NCBI GenBank assembly: GCA_963841935.1
Contig: CAWJEP010000001.1
Location: 10,487 to 74,486, forward strand
Direction: 5' to 3'
DNA length: 64,000 nucleotides
Source of the DNA: an uncultured bacterium
Lineage (GTDB): Bacteria; Patescibacteriota; Minisyncoccia; Phycocordibacterales; UBA6065
Positions 49,606-60,642 of this stretch are shown here, piece by piece. Position 1 is the stretch's first letter. The number at the start of each line of letters is the position of its first letter. The position numbers were made by a program, and so were the translations under genes. A model generated the notes under the pieces. That model had not been told where the DNA came from. It ran no database searches and saw only the letters and a list, made by a program, of their open reading frames with translations.

Positions 49606-49691
49606 GGATATATTGTAGCCCGCCTCGCGTCGACGAGCGAGTGCGAGTCGAGGCGGGCAAATGGAAACGCCCGCAACCGTATGCGGGACGT

Positions 49692-49916
49692 TTACAGGCG
49701 ATGAGTTCGAAAAGAAAGAAAATCCCCCTCACGAAGCATTATGAGCCGCGCGCGTATCTTGCCTATGGAAATATCGCAGTGGGCGGTTGCCTCGCCGGTC
49801 AGGCGATACTCTATCGGATGCCTACGCGTCACGTCGCATCCCCATTTGCGATACCGGTTCTCAATGTTAGAAAAGGATTCTTCCGTATTCGTGCCCTCGC
49901 TTATACGAGTAGTCAT
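49692..49916 (-). CDS. Small hypothetical protein
   Basis: 74-aa ORF preceded by AAGGAG; fills the xer-xth gap. Confidence 0.45.
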   Translation of the reverse strand: MTTRISEGTNTEESFSNIENRYRKWGCDVTRRHPIEYRLTGEATAHCDISIGKIRARLIMLREGDFLSFRTHRL

Positions 49917-49982
49917 TTTTTAGGTTCTCCTTCCGAAACCCATACTACGCTGGCTCGTGGGGGAGTCAAGCCGAGACGGGTT

Positions 49983-50903
49983 TTATGATTTTTTGTTGTG
50001 AAATTTTTTGTGGACGTCGCGCAGATGTTTGTCGGTGACATGGGTATAAATCTGCGTCGTCGTAATGCTCGAATGGCCAAGGAGGGTCTGGACGCTTCTA
50101 ATATCGGCGCCGTTACTGAGCAAATCCGTGGCGAAAGAATGGCGGATAACATGGGGCGTGACTTTTTTGGAAACGATACCGGCTTTGGTCGCGTAATATT
50201 TCACGATGCGCTCGACACTGCGACGGGAAAGAGGCATCGATTCGCCTTTGAATTTTTTCTCCGTCGCGATTTTCACGAACAAAGCGTCATCGACATCGTC
50301 TCGTTTCGCCAAATAAGCTTTAACGGCCTTTTTCGCGTCGTCGGAAAGGAAGACCACGCGGACTTTTTCACCCTTTCCTCTAATAGAAAACTCGTCTCGG
50401 GTAAAATCGATGTCTCTGGTGAGGGAACAGAGCTCGGCAACGCGCAGTCCGGTGGAAAAAAATAGCTCGAGGATGGCTTTGTCGCGGAGAGACTTCATAT
50501 CGGAGCCGTTCGGAGCGTCGAGAAGCCGACGAAGCTCTTCTGACGTGATGAAATCGATCTGCCTGTCGGAAACTTTAGCAAGCTCAATGCGGTCGGAAGG
50601 AAGGGAGGTGATGTTTTGTCTGGCCAAATATTTCAGAAACGAGCGCAGGGCTATCAAATAATAATTTTGGGTTTTCTTTTTGAGTGTCTCGCCGGTGGCT
50701 CGCAGGTTGCCGGCTTTCTGACGGTTGAGAAAGAGGCGAAAATCACGGACGGCCTCATCCGTGATTTTCGCCGGATCCTCGCTCTTCAAAAATCCGAAAA
50801 ACCGCGTGAGATATCGGTCGTAATTTTCGATGGTCTTGAGCGACCGACCTTTTTCTATTTCGGTATATTCCAGAAATCGTCTTTTAAGTTCGGATAGTTT
50901 CAT
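49983..50903 (-). CDS. XerC/XerD-like tyrosine recombinase
   Basis: [39 protein letters not shown]...TQIY; real start at MKLSEL. Confidence 0.93.
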   Translation of the reverse strand: MKLSELKRRFLEYTEIEKGRSLKTIENYDRYLTRFFGFLKSEDPAKITDEAVRDFRLFLNRQKAGNLRATGETLKKKTQNYYLIALRSFLKYLARQNITSLPSDRIELAKVSDRQIDFITSEELRRLLDAPNGSDMKSLRDKAILELFFSTGLRVAELCSLTRDIDFTRDEFSIRGKGEKVRVVFLSDDAKKAVKAYLAKRDDVDDALFVKIATEKKFKGESMPLSRRSVERIVKYYATKAGIVSKKVTPHVIRHSFATDLLSNGADIRSVQTLLGHSSITTTQIYTHVTDKHLRDVHKKFHNKKS

Positions 50904-50963
50904 GTCGCACAATATTATATCATACTTGCGTTTTTTAGTTATGTATGCTACGCTCATTTGGCA

Positions 50964-51230
50964 ATGATTTCGAAAACAAAGAAAACCAAGGTCATAAAGG
51001 AAGCCGCTCGCCACACGGGCGATACTGGCTCGCCTGAAGTCCAAATCGCCATTTTGACCCGTAGAATCGAGGAACTTGCCTCGCATTTGAAGGACCATAA
51101 AAAAGACATTCACTCGCGACGCGGACTGCTTTCCATGGTGGCCAACCGCCAGAAACATTTGAAATATTTGGCGAAAAAGTATCCCAAGCATTACAGCGAG
51201 ATAGTGAAGAAACTCGAGCTTAAAAAGTAG
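50964..51230 (+). CDS. rpsO: 30S ribosomal protein S15
   Basis: [24 protein letters not shown]. Confidence 0.98.
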   Translation: MISKTKKTKVIKEAARHTGDTGSPEVQIAILTRRIEELASHLKDHKKDIHSRRGLLSMVANRQKHLKYLAKKYPKHYSEIVKKLELKK

Positions 51231-51308
51231 TTTTGTTTTATACTTTGTCGGTGTCCGTCTTTTGTTCTTTTCGGAATCATTTTTAATAATTTTATTTAGT
51301 TTATTTTT

Positions 51309-51830
51309 ATGTCAGCAATCAAACACTCTTCCCAGCGCGTCGGGATTTTTATCGACGCGCAAAATCTATACCATTCTGCGAAAAATCTATACCACTCGCG
51401 CGTTAATTTCGGCGCGGTAGTCAAAGACGCTCTCGGTGAGCGCTCGCTCATTCGCGCTATCGCTTATGTTATCTCGACGGAATCCGGCGACGAACAGAAT
51501 TTCTTCGAGGCTTTGACCAAAGTCGGCATCGAAACCAAAACCAAAGACCTGCAAATATTTTCCAGCGGTGCCAAAAAGGCCGACTGGGACGTAGGACTCG
51601 CCATGGACGCGGTAAAAATGGCGCCGAAACTAGACGCGGTAATTTTGGTCACGGGCGACGGCGATTTCGTGCCTCTCGTAGAATATTTACAGAACACTCA
51701 CGGTTGCCAAGTGGAAGCCGTAACTTTCGGCAAATCAGGTTCGGCCAAACTCAAAGAAGCCGTGAACGATTTTCTCGACCTCGACGAAAATCCCAGAAAA
51801 TATCTCATATCATCCGGCCGAAGAAAATAA
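51309..51830 (+). CDS. NYN domain (LabA/DUF88) protein
   Basis: IFIDAQNLY, KADWDVGLAMD, TGDGDFVP. Confidence 0.93.
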   Translation: MSAIKHSSQRVGIFIDAQNLYHSAKNLYHSRVNFGAVVKDALGERSLIRAIAYVISTESGDEQNFFEALTKVGIETKTKDLQIFSSGAKKADWDVGLAMDAVKMAPKLDAVILVTGDGDFVPLVEYLQNTHGCQVEAVTFGKSGSAKLKEAVNDFLDLDENPRKYLISSGRRK

Positions 51831-51877
51831 AATAGTGCAAGCTTTGACCTTTTGGTTTTTCGCCTTACACTTTGAAT

Positions 51878-53026
51878 ATGGACGAAAACGACAATAACAA
51901 CGAAAACAATACTTCGCAGGAACAATTCACGGCGGCGGAAGCAAATGAAATGATGGCCGAGGGCGTGGAGATTATGGGTCAAGGTGAAACGCCTTCATAT
52001 AGACCAGAACCAATAAAAACTCCCGCGCCCGCGGTCCCGCAGACGCCAGCAACACAACCTGTAATAACACCTGAACCAAAGGTTGTCCCACCGCCAGCGC
52101 CAGAGCCGATAATCACAGAAAATCTCGCTCCGAAGAATTACGCGAGTTTCACGCCGCCGAAAAAGACTGCTCCGGAAACTATGCAAAACGACGTAAGGTC
52201 TATCCGCACCTACAGAAGCGATGCCGAGGAAGCCGTGCAAAAAGGTCACACATCGGTCATTGATATAGCCGTGGCGGAAAACAAAAGAAGGCAGCAAACA
52301 CCTGCGGCTTATGAAAAAAAGAAATCAAAAGCTTTTTTCTTGCCGTCGATAATTCTTATATTAATCGCTCTCGTCGTGGCCGGAGGAACGTACTATTTCT
52401 GGATGGTGGGTTCGCAAACCATTTCCGAGGCCGGACAAAGTGCCACAACCTCGTTTATTCAATCCACGAACACGGAGATTTTTCCCATAGACCCGAAAAA
52501 TCCGATTGTTTCCCTAAACGCGGAAATAAACAACAACAATTCCGTGCCCATAGGTTCCATAATCAACCTCGTACCGACAGGGGCGAACGGCACGGCCATC
52601 GCCACATCGACGGATTTCTTCTCGTCCATAGGCATAACGGTGCCGACACAGATCGCATTGTCGCTTGACGGCACATACATGCTGGGTAGTTCCATTTCCG
52701 TCCCGAACCATCCTTTCATCATCTTGGGCGTGTCTTCTTTTGAGAACGCTTTCGCCGGAATGCTCTCGTGGGAAAAGACTATGCGTCAGGATTTTGGCGG
52801 GTTCATAGAAATCGAACACCAAAGCGAGCCACTCGTGGCGCTTTCGCCGGAAACATTTAGCGACACGACCATAGAAAACCAAGGCATCAGGGAAATTCTT
52901 GATGCTTCGAGTAGTCCTCTGTTGCTTTACGCTTTCGTGGGCACCACAAAACTTGTCATAACCACGGATGAAGCGACCATGGCCATGATAATCACAGACC
53001 TAAATACGACAAACACCACGAGATAA
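51878..53026 (+). CDS. Single-pass membrane protein with Pro-rich N-terminus
   Basis: IRTYRSD motif, central TM, FENAFAGMLSWE. Confidence 0.8.
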   Translation: MDENDNNNENNTSQEQFTAAEANEMMAEGVEIMGQGETPSYRPEPIKTPAPAVPQTPATQPVITPEPKVVPPPAPEPIITENLAPKNYASFTPPKKTAPETMQNDVRSIRTYRSDAEEAVQKGHTSVIDIAVAENKRRQQTPAAYEKKKSKAFFLPSIILILIALVVAGGTYYFWMVGSQTISEAGQSATTSFIQSTNTEIFPIDPKNPIVSLNAEINNNNSVPIGSIINLVPTGANGTAIATSTDFFSSIGITVPTQIALSLDGTYMLGSSISVPNHPFIILGVSSFENAFAGMLSWEKTMRQDFGGFIEIEHQSEPLVALSPETFSDTTIENQGIREILDASSSPLLLYAFVGTTKLVITTDEATMAMIITDLNTTNTTR

Positions 53027-53040
53027 TATATAATCCTTTC

Positions 53041-53457
53041 ATGCTGAGGAAATTCAAAAACTTATTTTCAAAAAAACAGAAGCGCGAAGACATAAATGTC
53101 GGTCGCTTCAAAAAAATTCTAAAAAAGGAGTTGAGGCGGCTTGAGACGGAACTGAAAACGGTGGGTCACAAAGAAAACGCGGCCGGTGAATGGGAATCCA
53201 GAGCGACCGACGTGGATGTATTGGCGAGTGACGACGCGGACAAGGCCGACAACATAGAAAATTACGAATCAAACGACGCTGTGCTCAAACAACTTCAAAT
53301 CGAGTACAATGAAATTCTTCACGCCCTGGAAAACATAAAAAGGGGAGTTTACGGCATATGCGAAGTTTCCGGCGAGCCGATAGAAGTCGGCCGCCTCGAA
53401 GCCAACCCGGCGGCCCGGACCTGCATAGCCCATAAAAACATGAAAATCCAGCAATAG
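53041..53457 (+). CDS. DksA/TraR family protein
   Basis: DDADKA, YGICEVSGEPI...RLEANPAARTC. Confidence 0.88.
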   Translation: MLRKFKNLFSKKQKREDINVGRFKKILKKELRRLETELKTVGHKENAAGEWESRATDVDVLASDDADKADNIENYESNDAVLKQLQIEYNEILHALENIKRGVYGICEVSGEPIEVGRLEANPAARTCIAHKNMKIQQ

Positions 53458-53497
53458 AGGAAATAGAATTTAGGTTTCGGCGGAAAAATAAATTCAA

Positions 53498-55060
53498 ATG
53501 TCATTTTCAAAAGTTCACAGCGCCCAAAATTTAATCCTTGAACCCCATATCATAGATATCGAGACCGACATTTCGCGCGGTCTTTTTTCTTTTTCCATCG
53601 TCGGTCTAGGCGATAAAGCCGTAGACGAGGCGCGTGACCGAGTGGTGGCGGCGATAAAAAATTCCGGCTTCGCGAGTCCTAAAAGCGACAACCACAAAAT
53701 AGTCGTGTCGCTCGCGCCCGCCGATATGAGAAAAGAGGGCGCGAGCTTTGACGTCGGCGTGGCGCTTGGGTATTTACTTTCGAAAGAACTTATTGACTTT
53801 GACCCAAAAGACAAAATGTTCCTCGGGGAACTCGCTCTCGACGGAAGTATTCGGCCCATCGGCGGAGTCTTGCCGCTGGTCGATTTCGCCAAAAAGAAAG
53901 GTTTCAAGGAAATTTTCGTGCCGATTGAAAATGTCGGCGAAGCGGCAATCGTGCCGAACATAAAAATCTTCGGCGTGAAAAATCTGAGGGAACTTGCCGG
54001 ACATCTGGACTCTAAACTTCGCGAAGAAATCGGCGGTGAGGAAATAAAAACAGCGAAACATATTCCATACGCTCCGGCGCTCGAAGATTTTTCGCCTGAC
54101 TTCGACGACATCGAGGGGCAAACAACGGCAAAAAGGGGATTGGAAATCGCCTGCGCCGGCGGACATCACATTGCCTTTTATGGACCGCCGGGAACAGGAA
54201 AAACGATGCTAGCCAAAGCTTGCGTGTCCGTTTTGCCGGCGCTTTCTTTTGAAGACGCGATAGAAGCAACGTCAATTCACTCGATTGCCGGCACACTCCA
54301 CGGCGATTATTTGTCCGCGCCGCCGTTTCGCGCGCCGCATCACACTTCTTCATACGCGGCACTTGTCGGAGGCGGAGGAAGTATTCCTCATCCGGGAGAA
54401 ATGACTCTGGCTCACAAGGGAGTTTTGTTTCTCGACGAGTTTCCGGAGTTCGACAGACGTGTAGTCGAGTCGCTTCGCGAGCCACTCGAAGAAAAATCTT
54501 TGGCAATTTCAAGGGCCAAAGGTTCGGCGCGTTTTCCGGCGGACTTCACGCTCATCGCGGCAATGAATCCGTGCCCCTGCGGCATGAGAAACGTCAAAGG
54601 CAAGCGTTGTATATGCACCGCGTCTCAACTTTCAAAATACGAAAAGAAATTGTCCGGCCCAATAGTCGACCGAATTGATATGTGGATAGAAGTTTTGCCT
54701 GTCCGACACGAAGGACTTTTGAAAAAACGAATCGGACAATTTGAAACCAAAGCCATGAGAGAAAAAATCGTCCAGGCGAGAAGACAGCAAATGTTTCGTT
54801 TCAAAAATCATCCAAGAAAAATCAGCAAAAATAGCGAAATGAACGCGAGGGATGTCAAAGATGTTTTGGAAAAGGGAAGCGAAGCGGAAAAAGCCTTAAT
54901 CCAATCGGCGCAAGTTCACAATTTTTCGCCGAGAACTTTTCATCGCATTGTAAAACTCGCTCGGACAATAGCAGACTTGGAAGGCAAAGAAAAAATCGCT
55001 CCCGAGCATATCTACGAAGCGATTCAATACCGACCTAAAAACACTTTTTTTACTTCCTAA
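53498..55060 (+). CDS. comM: YifB/ComM Mg-chelatase-like AAA+ ATPase
   Basis: GPPGTGKT, PFRAPHH, PGEMTLAHKGVLFLDE, AAMNPCPCG. Confidence 0.95.
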   Translation: MSFSKVHSAQNLILEPHIIDIETDISRGLFSFSIVGLGDKAVDEARDRVVAAIKNSGFASPKSDNHKIVVSLAPADMRKEGASFDVGVALGYLLSKELIDFDPKDKMFLGELALDGSIRPIGGVLPLVDFAKKKGFKEIFVPIENVGEAAIVPNIKIFGVKNLRELAGHLDSKLREEIGGEEIKTAKHIPYAPALEDFSPDFDDIEGQTTAKRGLEIACAGGHHIAFYGPPGTGKTMLAKACVSVLPALSFEDAIEATSIHSIAGTLHGDYLSAPPFRAPHHTSSYAALVGGGGSIPHPGEMTLAHKGVLFLDEFPEFDRRVVESLREPLEEKSLAISRAKGSARFPADFTLIAAMNPCPCGMRNVKGKRCICTASQLSKYEKKLSGPIVDRIDMWIEVLPVRHEGLLKKRIGQFETKAMREKIVQARRQQMFRFKNHPRKISKNSEMNARDVKDVLEKGSEAEKALIQSAQVHNFSPRTFHRIVKLARTIADLEGKEKIAPEHIYEAIQYRPKNTFFTS

Positions 55061-56124
55061 TAACAGCTCGGATATTCTGACAGGAATGGGTTGTGAGCGC
55101 CGCGGACTTCAATGTGGAGATGCGGACCGGTGGCCTCTCCCGTCATTCCGACTAGACCAATTTCCTCGCCTTGCGATACTTCTTCGCCTTGGCTAGCGAG
55201 AACTTTGGTCATGTGGGCATACAGAGTCTGTGTGCCGTTGTCGTGAGAAACGACGACGTAATTTCCATAGCCACCGTTCCAACCGCCGTTGTTTTTCGCC
55301 ACGATGACCTCGCCGGCGGCTACGGCGTATATAGGCGTGCCGCGCGGAGCGGCGATATCGACGGCGTTATATCCGTGAAGACCTTGCGAAAGACATGCTG
55401 TGGCGATTTTTATCGGCATTGAATAATAACTGTCGTAATCGGGACCATTGGTGTTGTGCGCCGGTTCCGGCGGAAGATTGGCATTCGTAATTTTTCCCTG
55501 GCGCAGAATCGTCGGCTCGGTGGAGTTGAGTTCGCCGTTCGGAATGACAATTGTTTCTCCTACGGATATGGTGGAATCCGTGACGCCGTTGAAAGAAGCT
55601 ATGTCTCCGGCGTCGCTACCAAACTTCTTGGCTATATTCTCGACCGTGTCGCCCTTTTTGACCGTGTATTGAACTCCGGTTATCGGTAAGATGACGAGTT
55701 TATCTCCCGGATTTATGGGGCCTGTGATGTCGTTCGCCCAAATGATGGTGTTGACCGAGACGCCGAACATTTTCGCGATTTGGGAAAGGGAGTCGCCCTC
55801 ACGTACGACATAGAGACTAATTGTTGTGGTCTGAACATCTGACTGAATATCCGAGGCTGTGCCCGAGACGCCGCTCGCGGCGACAAGGGCTCCGTCATTC
55901 ACTGCCAACTGGTCTCCGGAAGTCGGGTTTGGGTTGGAGTTTGCGGCTGGTATAGGGAGAGTGCCGGCAGCGGAAGGGTCCGAACCAGAAAGAGATGTGC
56001 CGGCAGCCTCTACGGTATTTCCAAAAATAAATGAAAGAATCCCAGCGTTGGCGACGACTGGGACGGTTAGGGTAGAAAAAAATACAAAACCGGATACGAC
56101 GCCGGCCGACCAAAGCTTTTTCAT
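55057..56124 (-). CDS. LysM + M23 peptidase
   Basis: Two LysM repeats; HGYNAVD, YAH, TGPHLH. Confidence 0.93.
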   Translation of the reverse strand: MKKLWSAGVVSGFVFFSTLTVPVVANAGILSFIFGNTVEAAGTSLSGSDPSAAGTLPIPAANSNPNPTSGDQLAVNDGALVAASGVSGTASDIQSDVQTTTISLYVVREGDSLSQIAKMFGVSVNTIIWANDITGPINPGDKLVILPITGVQYTVKKGDTVENIAKKFGSDAGDIASFNGVTDSTISVGETIVIPNGELNSTEPTILRQGKITNANLPPEPAHNTNGPDYDSYYSMPIKIATACLSQGLHGYNAVDIAAPRGTPIYAVAAGEVIVAKNNGGWNGGYGNYVVVSHDNGTQTLYAHMTKVLASQGEEVSQGEEIGLVGMTGEATGPHLHIEVRGAHNPFLSEYPSCY

Positions 56125-56392
56125 CTTTCCCGAACCGTTTTTAGAAGATGCGGGGAAAGAATCACGAGAGAGAATAGATATAAGCCTTATTTTTAGCCAC
56201 TATTGCGGTATTTGCTGTATAACGGCTCCATAGAGCCATTTACTGAATCTCAACCTTTACAGGGTATTAATGAGTATAGTCATATGAGATTTTTAGTCAA
56301 TCAAACTATCCACCTAGTATCCACAAACCGAAAATGTGTCCAAAAAACCTTGGAAATTATGGCTTTTTTGGGTTTTCTGATATATTTAACAG

Positions 56393-58312
56393 GTGGAAAA
56401 CTTAAGCGATAAACAAAAGGAGGCTGTCGAATACACTGAAGGGCCACTTTTGGTCATTGCCGGCGCCGGAGCGGGAAAAACTCGCGTAATTACGGAAAGA
56501 ATCGCTTATCTCATCAAAAAAAAGAATGTCCTACCGGAAAAAATCCTCGCCGTAACGTTCACAAACAAAGCGGCAACGGAAATGCGCGAACGGGTGTTAA
56601 AAATCCTCAAAGAAAAGTCCGGATACTTAAATGCCGCGCCTTTCATCGGAACTTTTCACGGACTTTGCTCTTTTATCTTGCGAAACGACGCCGAAGCCGC
56701 GGGATTGAGGAAAACTTTCGTTATTTTCGACCGAGACGATTCAAAACGGCTCATTCGAGACGCAATGAGAGAAATCGACCCGGACATGCCGAAGCGTCTC
56801 GAGCCCGGAGCGGCACTCGGAATAATTTCCAGGGAAAAAGACACGGGAATGGACGCGAGAACCTTCCTTGAAAGCCGAAAAGACGAGTTTGGGAAAAATA
56901 TCGGCGTCATTTGGGAAAAATACGAAAGAAAACTTCGCGAAGAAAACGCTTTGGACTTCGACGACTTGCTCGTGCGAGCGGTAAAACTTCTAAGGGGCAA
57001 CGAGGTTGTAAGAAAAAAATATCTTTCACGATTCGAATACATAGAAGTCGACGAATACCACGACACCAACGCCATTCAATACGAATTGGTGAAACTTTTG
57101 GCGGGCGAAAAGAAAAACATAATGGTTGTAGGCGACGTAGACCAATCGATTTACAGTTGGAGAGGAGCGGACATAAAGAACTTAATCAATTTCGAGCGCG
57201 ACTTCGCCGGTGCCAAGACAGTGCTCCTCGAAGAAAACTATCGCTCGAGCAAAACCATTCTCGACGCCGCGAACGCCGTCATAGTGAAAAACAAGAACCG
57301 CTTCGACAAAACTTTGTTCACGAAAGCTTCAAGTGGCGAGAAAATTTCCGTCTATGAAGCTTACGACGAAACGGAAGAAGCAAACTTTATTACAGAAAAA
57401 GTCCGTGAGGCGATTTCTTCCGGCGTAAGCTCGGAAGAAATCGCCGTCCTTTATCGCGCCAATTTCCAATCGCGCGCCCTGGAAGAAGCTTTTCTCTCAA
57501 AACAAATCCCGCACATCGTTCTCGGCACCAGATTCTTTGAAAGAAAAGAGGTCAAAGATATTATTTCTTACATCCGCGCGGCGCAAAGTCCCGAGTCGCT
57601 TTCCGACGTAAAACGGGTGATAAACTTGCCGCCGCGCGGCATAGGCAAAGTTTCCATAATGAAAATATTTTCGGAACAGGAAAATCTACTTTCCGGTTCG
57701 CAAAGAGACTCGTGGAATAAATTTAAATCGTCGCTGAAAAACATTGACGAAGAAATAAAAAAATCTCCGCCATCAAAAGTCGTGAGGTTTGTTTTCGAAA
57801 AAAGCGGTATCAAGGAAATGCTGAAAAATCAGGGCGACGAAGGGTTGGAAAGAATGGAAAACATCGAAGAATTGGGGGCTTTCGCCGCGAGATACGACGG
57901 TTTGCCGTGTCCGGAAGGCATAGCGAAACTTTTGGAGGATGCCGCGCTCGCGACTGACCAAGATTCGCTCGATGGAGACCCGAAAGGAGTGAGACTCTCG
58001 ACCGTTCACGCTTCAAAAGGCCTCGAGTTCGACGTTGTTTTCATTACCGGACTCGAACAAGACCTTTTTCCGCACAAGTCCACGGAAGGCAAAAGTAAGG
58101 GTCGGGACGAAGAAGAAGAACGACGGCTTTTTTACGTGGCGATAACGCGCGCCAGAAAAAAAATATATCTTTCACACGCTTCCACCAGAATGGTTTTCGG
58201 TTCGCGACAATGGAACGCGCCGTCGGAATTTCTTTTTGACGTGCCGGAAGATTTGATCGAGCAGGAAGAAAAAGTCGAAGGCGGAGGAAAAGTGATATAT
58301 TTCGACATATGA
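56393..58312 (+). CDS. pcrA: ATP-dependent DNA helicase PcrA/UvrD
   Basis: AGAGAGKT, TFTNKAA, DEYHDTN, NYRS, HASKGLEF, EERRLFYVAITRA. Confidence 0.96.
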   Translation: MENLSDKQKEAVEYTEGPLLVIAGAGAGKTRVITERIAYLIKKKNVLPEKILAVTFTNKAATEMRERVLKILKEKSGYLNAAPFIGTFHGLCSFILRNDAEAAGLRKTFVIFDRDDSKRLIRDAMREIDPDMPKRLEPGAALGIISREKDTGMDARTFLESRKDEFGKNIGVIWEKYERKLREENALDFDDLLVRAVKLLRGNEVVRKKYLSRFEYIEVDEYHDTNAIQYELVKLLAGEKKNIMVVGDVDQSIYSWRGADIKNLINFERDFAGAKTVLLEENYRSSKTILDAANAVIVKNKNRFDKTLFTKASSGEKISVYEAYDETEEANFITEKVREAISSGVSSEEIAVLYRANFQSRALEEAFLSKQIPHIVLGTRFFERKEVKDIISYIRAAQSPESLSDVKRVINLPPRGIGKVSIMKIFSEQENLLSGSQRDSWNKFKSSLKNIDEEIKKSPPSKVVRFVFEKSGIKEMLKNQGDEGLERMENIEELGAFAARYDGLPCPEGIAKLLEDAALATDQDSLDGDPKGVRLSTVHASKGLEFDVVFITGLEQDLFPHKSTEGKSKGRDEEEERRLFYVAITRARKKIYLSHASTRMVFGSRQWNAPSEFLFDVPEDLIEQEEKVEGGGKVIYFDI

Positions 58313-59064
58313 GAACCAAAAAATCACTCGGACAAAATTTCTTGATATCGCCTCGGGTGTCGCAAATGATCGCGAACGCCGGTGACATAGAAAAAAATGA
58401 AGTTGTCGTCGAGATAGGTCCCGGCAAAGGCGCCCTGACGAAAGAACTGCTTTCCGCCGGCGCGAAAGTCATTGCTATTGAAAAAGACTTGTCTTTAATT
58501 TCGTTACTCGAAGAAAAATTCACGAAAGAAATTTCAGAAAATAGATTGCAAATAATTTCCGGCGACGCGCTCGACGAAATATCTCTTCCTAAAAAATACA
58601 AACTCATTGCTAACATTCCTTATTACATCACCGGCGCGATTCTGGAGAAATTTTTGGGCGGAGAAAATCCACCGACACTCGCGGTCTTAATGCTTCAAAA
58701 AGAAGCGGCGGAAAGAATAGTCGCGCGAAACAAAAAAGAAAGCATTCTTTCGATTTCGGTGAAAATTTTCGGCAAGCCGTCGATTGTAATGAAGGTCTCG
58801 CGCGGAAATTTCTTTCCGATTCCCAATGTAGATTCCGCCGTCCTGAAAATCTCAAATATAAAAAATCCTTTCGCCTCAAAAACTGAAGAAAAAAAGTTTT
58901 TCGAGCTGGTGAAAAAAGGATTCGCCCACAAAAGGAAAAAACTCACGAGTAATTTGCAATTGTCCGCCGCCCAAATAGAAAAATTGGCTATTCCTGAAAA
59001 TCTTCGCGCCGAGGACGCTTCTCTCGATTTTTGGAAAAACCTCGCGGAGAAATTAAATATTTGA
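58309..59064 (+). CDS. rsmA: 16S rRNA dimethyladenosine transferase
   Basis: KKSLGQNFL, EIGPGKG, ANIPYYIT. Confidence 0.97.
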   Translation: MRTKKSLGQNFLISPRVSQMIANAGDIEKNEVVVEIGPGKGALTKELLSAGAKVIAIEKDLSLISLLEEKFTKEISENRLQIISGDALDEISLPKKYKLIANIPYYITGAILEKFLGGENPPTLAVLMLQKEAAERIVARNKKESILSISVKIFGKPSIVMKVSRGNFFPIPNVDSAVLKISNIKNPFASKTEEKKFFELVKKGFAHKRKKLTSNLQLSAAQIEKLAIPENLRAEDASLDFWKNLAEKLNI

Positions 59065-59706
59065 ACCTACTATCGGAGTGATCTCGCCCTCGGAACCTAT
59101 GACCGTGCAGCCGTAACCTATGTATTCGTAGCAACCTTGGACACCGGGTTCATCATCACCCAGAAGTTCCGTGGCAAAAGGAATGTTGTAATACTCAAAA
59201 GCCTGCGTTCCTTCTTCATAAGACAAAACTTCGTCGGATGTCGCCGGATTTGATGTCGGGCCAATGTAAATAAGCCACGAGTCACTGCAATCACAATATT
59301 CCGCGCTGTCGAGCGGTCCGCCAAAAGGAAGAGTCGCGACCGTTGCCAAAGCCTGTTTTGGCTCAAATATGGAAGAAAGAAATAACGCGATGCCATCAAA
59401 AAAACCGTTAGAAGCCGTTGTTTTTGTTGGACTTTTTAATTTTGCCTGATTGTCTTTCATAAAAAGCCACACCATATCGGTAGTGGTGGATAAATCCTGA
59501 CGAATTTTGTTTTCTATCGCCGGAAGCTCCGGGTTGTTTTTGTTTTCTTTCGCAACCGCGCCTAGAAACTTGTTTAAGTAAAGCTGGTTTGGAGAATAAT
59601 TCGCGGAAATTCCCGTCGCGTAAGAGGAAAAAGTCGCCTGGTTTGCGAACGCGGCGCAGGGTAACAAGAACAATAACACCGATAAAATAGTGGTGAGTCT
59701 TTTCAC
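59053..59706 (-). CDS. Secreted hypothetical protein with Cys-containing C-terminal domain
   Basis: GTG start 6 nt after TATAAT; signal peptide; PFGG...YCDCS. Confidence 0.75.
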   Translation of the reverse strand: MKRLTTILSVLLFLLPCAAFANQATFSSYATGISANYSPNQLYLNKFLGAVAKENKNNPELPAIENKIRQDLSTTTDMVWLFMKDNQAKLKSPTKTTASNGFFDGIALFLSSIFEPKQALATVATLPFGGPLDSAEYCDCSDSWLIYIGPTSNPATSDEVLSYEEGTQAFEYYNIPFATELLGDDEPGVQGCYEYIGYGCTVIGSEGEITPIVGSNI

Positions 59707-59751
59707 AAAAAAATTATAACCCCAAAGCGATATTTTTGATATACTTTCCGT

Positions 59752-60624
59752 ATGCCTCGCATCGTAGCCGCTCTCGCAATCGCCGCCGCTCTCATCATCG
59801 GCGTTTTCATAATAAAAAACAAAACCGCCGCGCCGTCGGCCCCGACGGCGCTCATCGCCGAACAAATCCAAGACGCGAATCAATCTTCGATAGCTGCTTA
59901 TGGCGCCGAGCTAGAATCGGAAGGTGTGGCGACTGACACAAGCATCGTCGTGCCGCCGCCGACGTCCGACGTGCCGGTAGAGCCGCCGAGCTCGGCGCTT
60001 CCGCCGCCGACGGCGACCGACAAACTGGCGCAAAACATTTTGGAAACTTATGTGAACACAAAAGAATCCGGTGTGGATATAAGCAGTGATGTGGCGACAC
60101 AGATAGCCGACAACCTTCTCTCGGAACCATACATGGACTCTTCTTCGGCAAAAACATATTCAGCATCGGACATAAGGACAGAGGATTCATATTCAGCAAG
60201 CGACATTAAAAATTACGGCAACGCCTTCGGTTCCGCGCTTGCAACGCCGCTTCCCGCCGGCGCCGAGGAAGAACTTTCTATATTCTCCGATTTTGCCGCC
60301 ACAAACGACGAGACAATACTCACGAAACTCGACCTAAACATCGCTCGTTATCAAAAAATAATTTCCAAAATGCTGCTTATTCCGGTCCCCCGGGTTTTTG
60401 TTGAAAACGACATCGCTTTCATAAACGCAATATCACAAATCGTGTACGAACTGCAAAAAGCCCGCGACCTGCCATCCGACCCGGTCGGGGGAGCAAATGC
60501 CATGCAGGAATACCAAACGACTTTAAGTTCCATACTGACGATACAAGGCCAAGAAAAAGCCATTTTTACGGCCAATAATATTATATTTTCGCCAACGGAC
60601 GCCGGTTATTCCCTTATGCAGTAG
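59752..60624 (+). CDS. Membrane-anchored hypothetical protein
   Basis: N-terminal TM; TATDKLA; helical C-terminal half. Confidence 0.8.
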   Translation: MPRIVAALAIAAALIIGVFIIKNKTAAPSAPTALIAEQIQDANQSSIAAYGAELESEGVATDTSIVVPPPTSDVPVEPPSSALPPPTATDKLAQNILETYVNTKESGVDISSDVATQIADNLLSEPYMDSSSAKTYSASDIRTEDSYSASDIKNYGNAFGSALATPLPAGAEEELSIFSDFAATNDETILTKLDLNIARYQKIISKMLLIPVPRVFVENDIAFINAISQIVYELQKARDLPSDPVGGANAMQEYQTTLSSILTIQGQEKAIFTANNIIFSPTDAGYSLMQ

Positions 60625-60642
60625 TGATGTATAATTAAATCA

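Noticed and set aside
49983-51191. Recombinase as a prophage integrase with a 402-aa length
   Set aside because: Housekeeping context with no phage genes; the N-terminal extension overlaps rpsO antisense, so the real start is 50903
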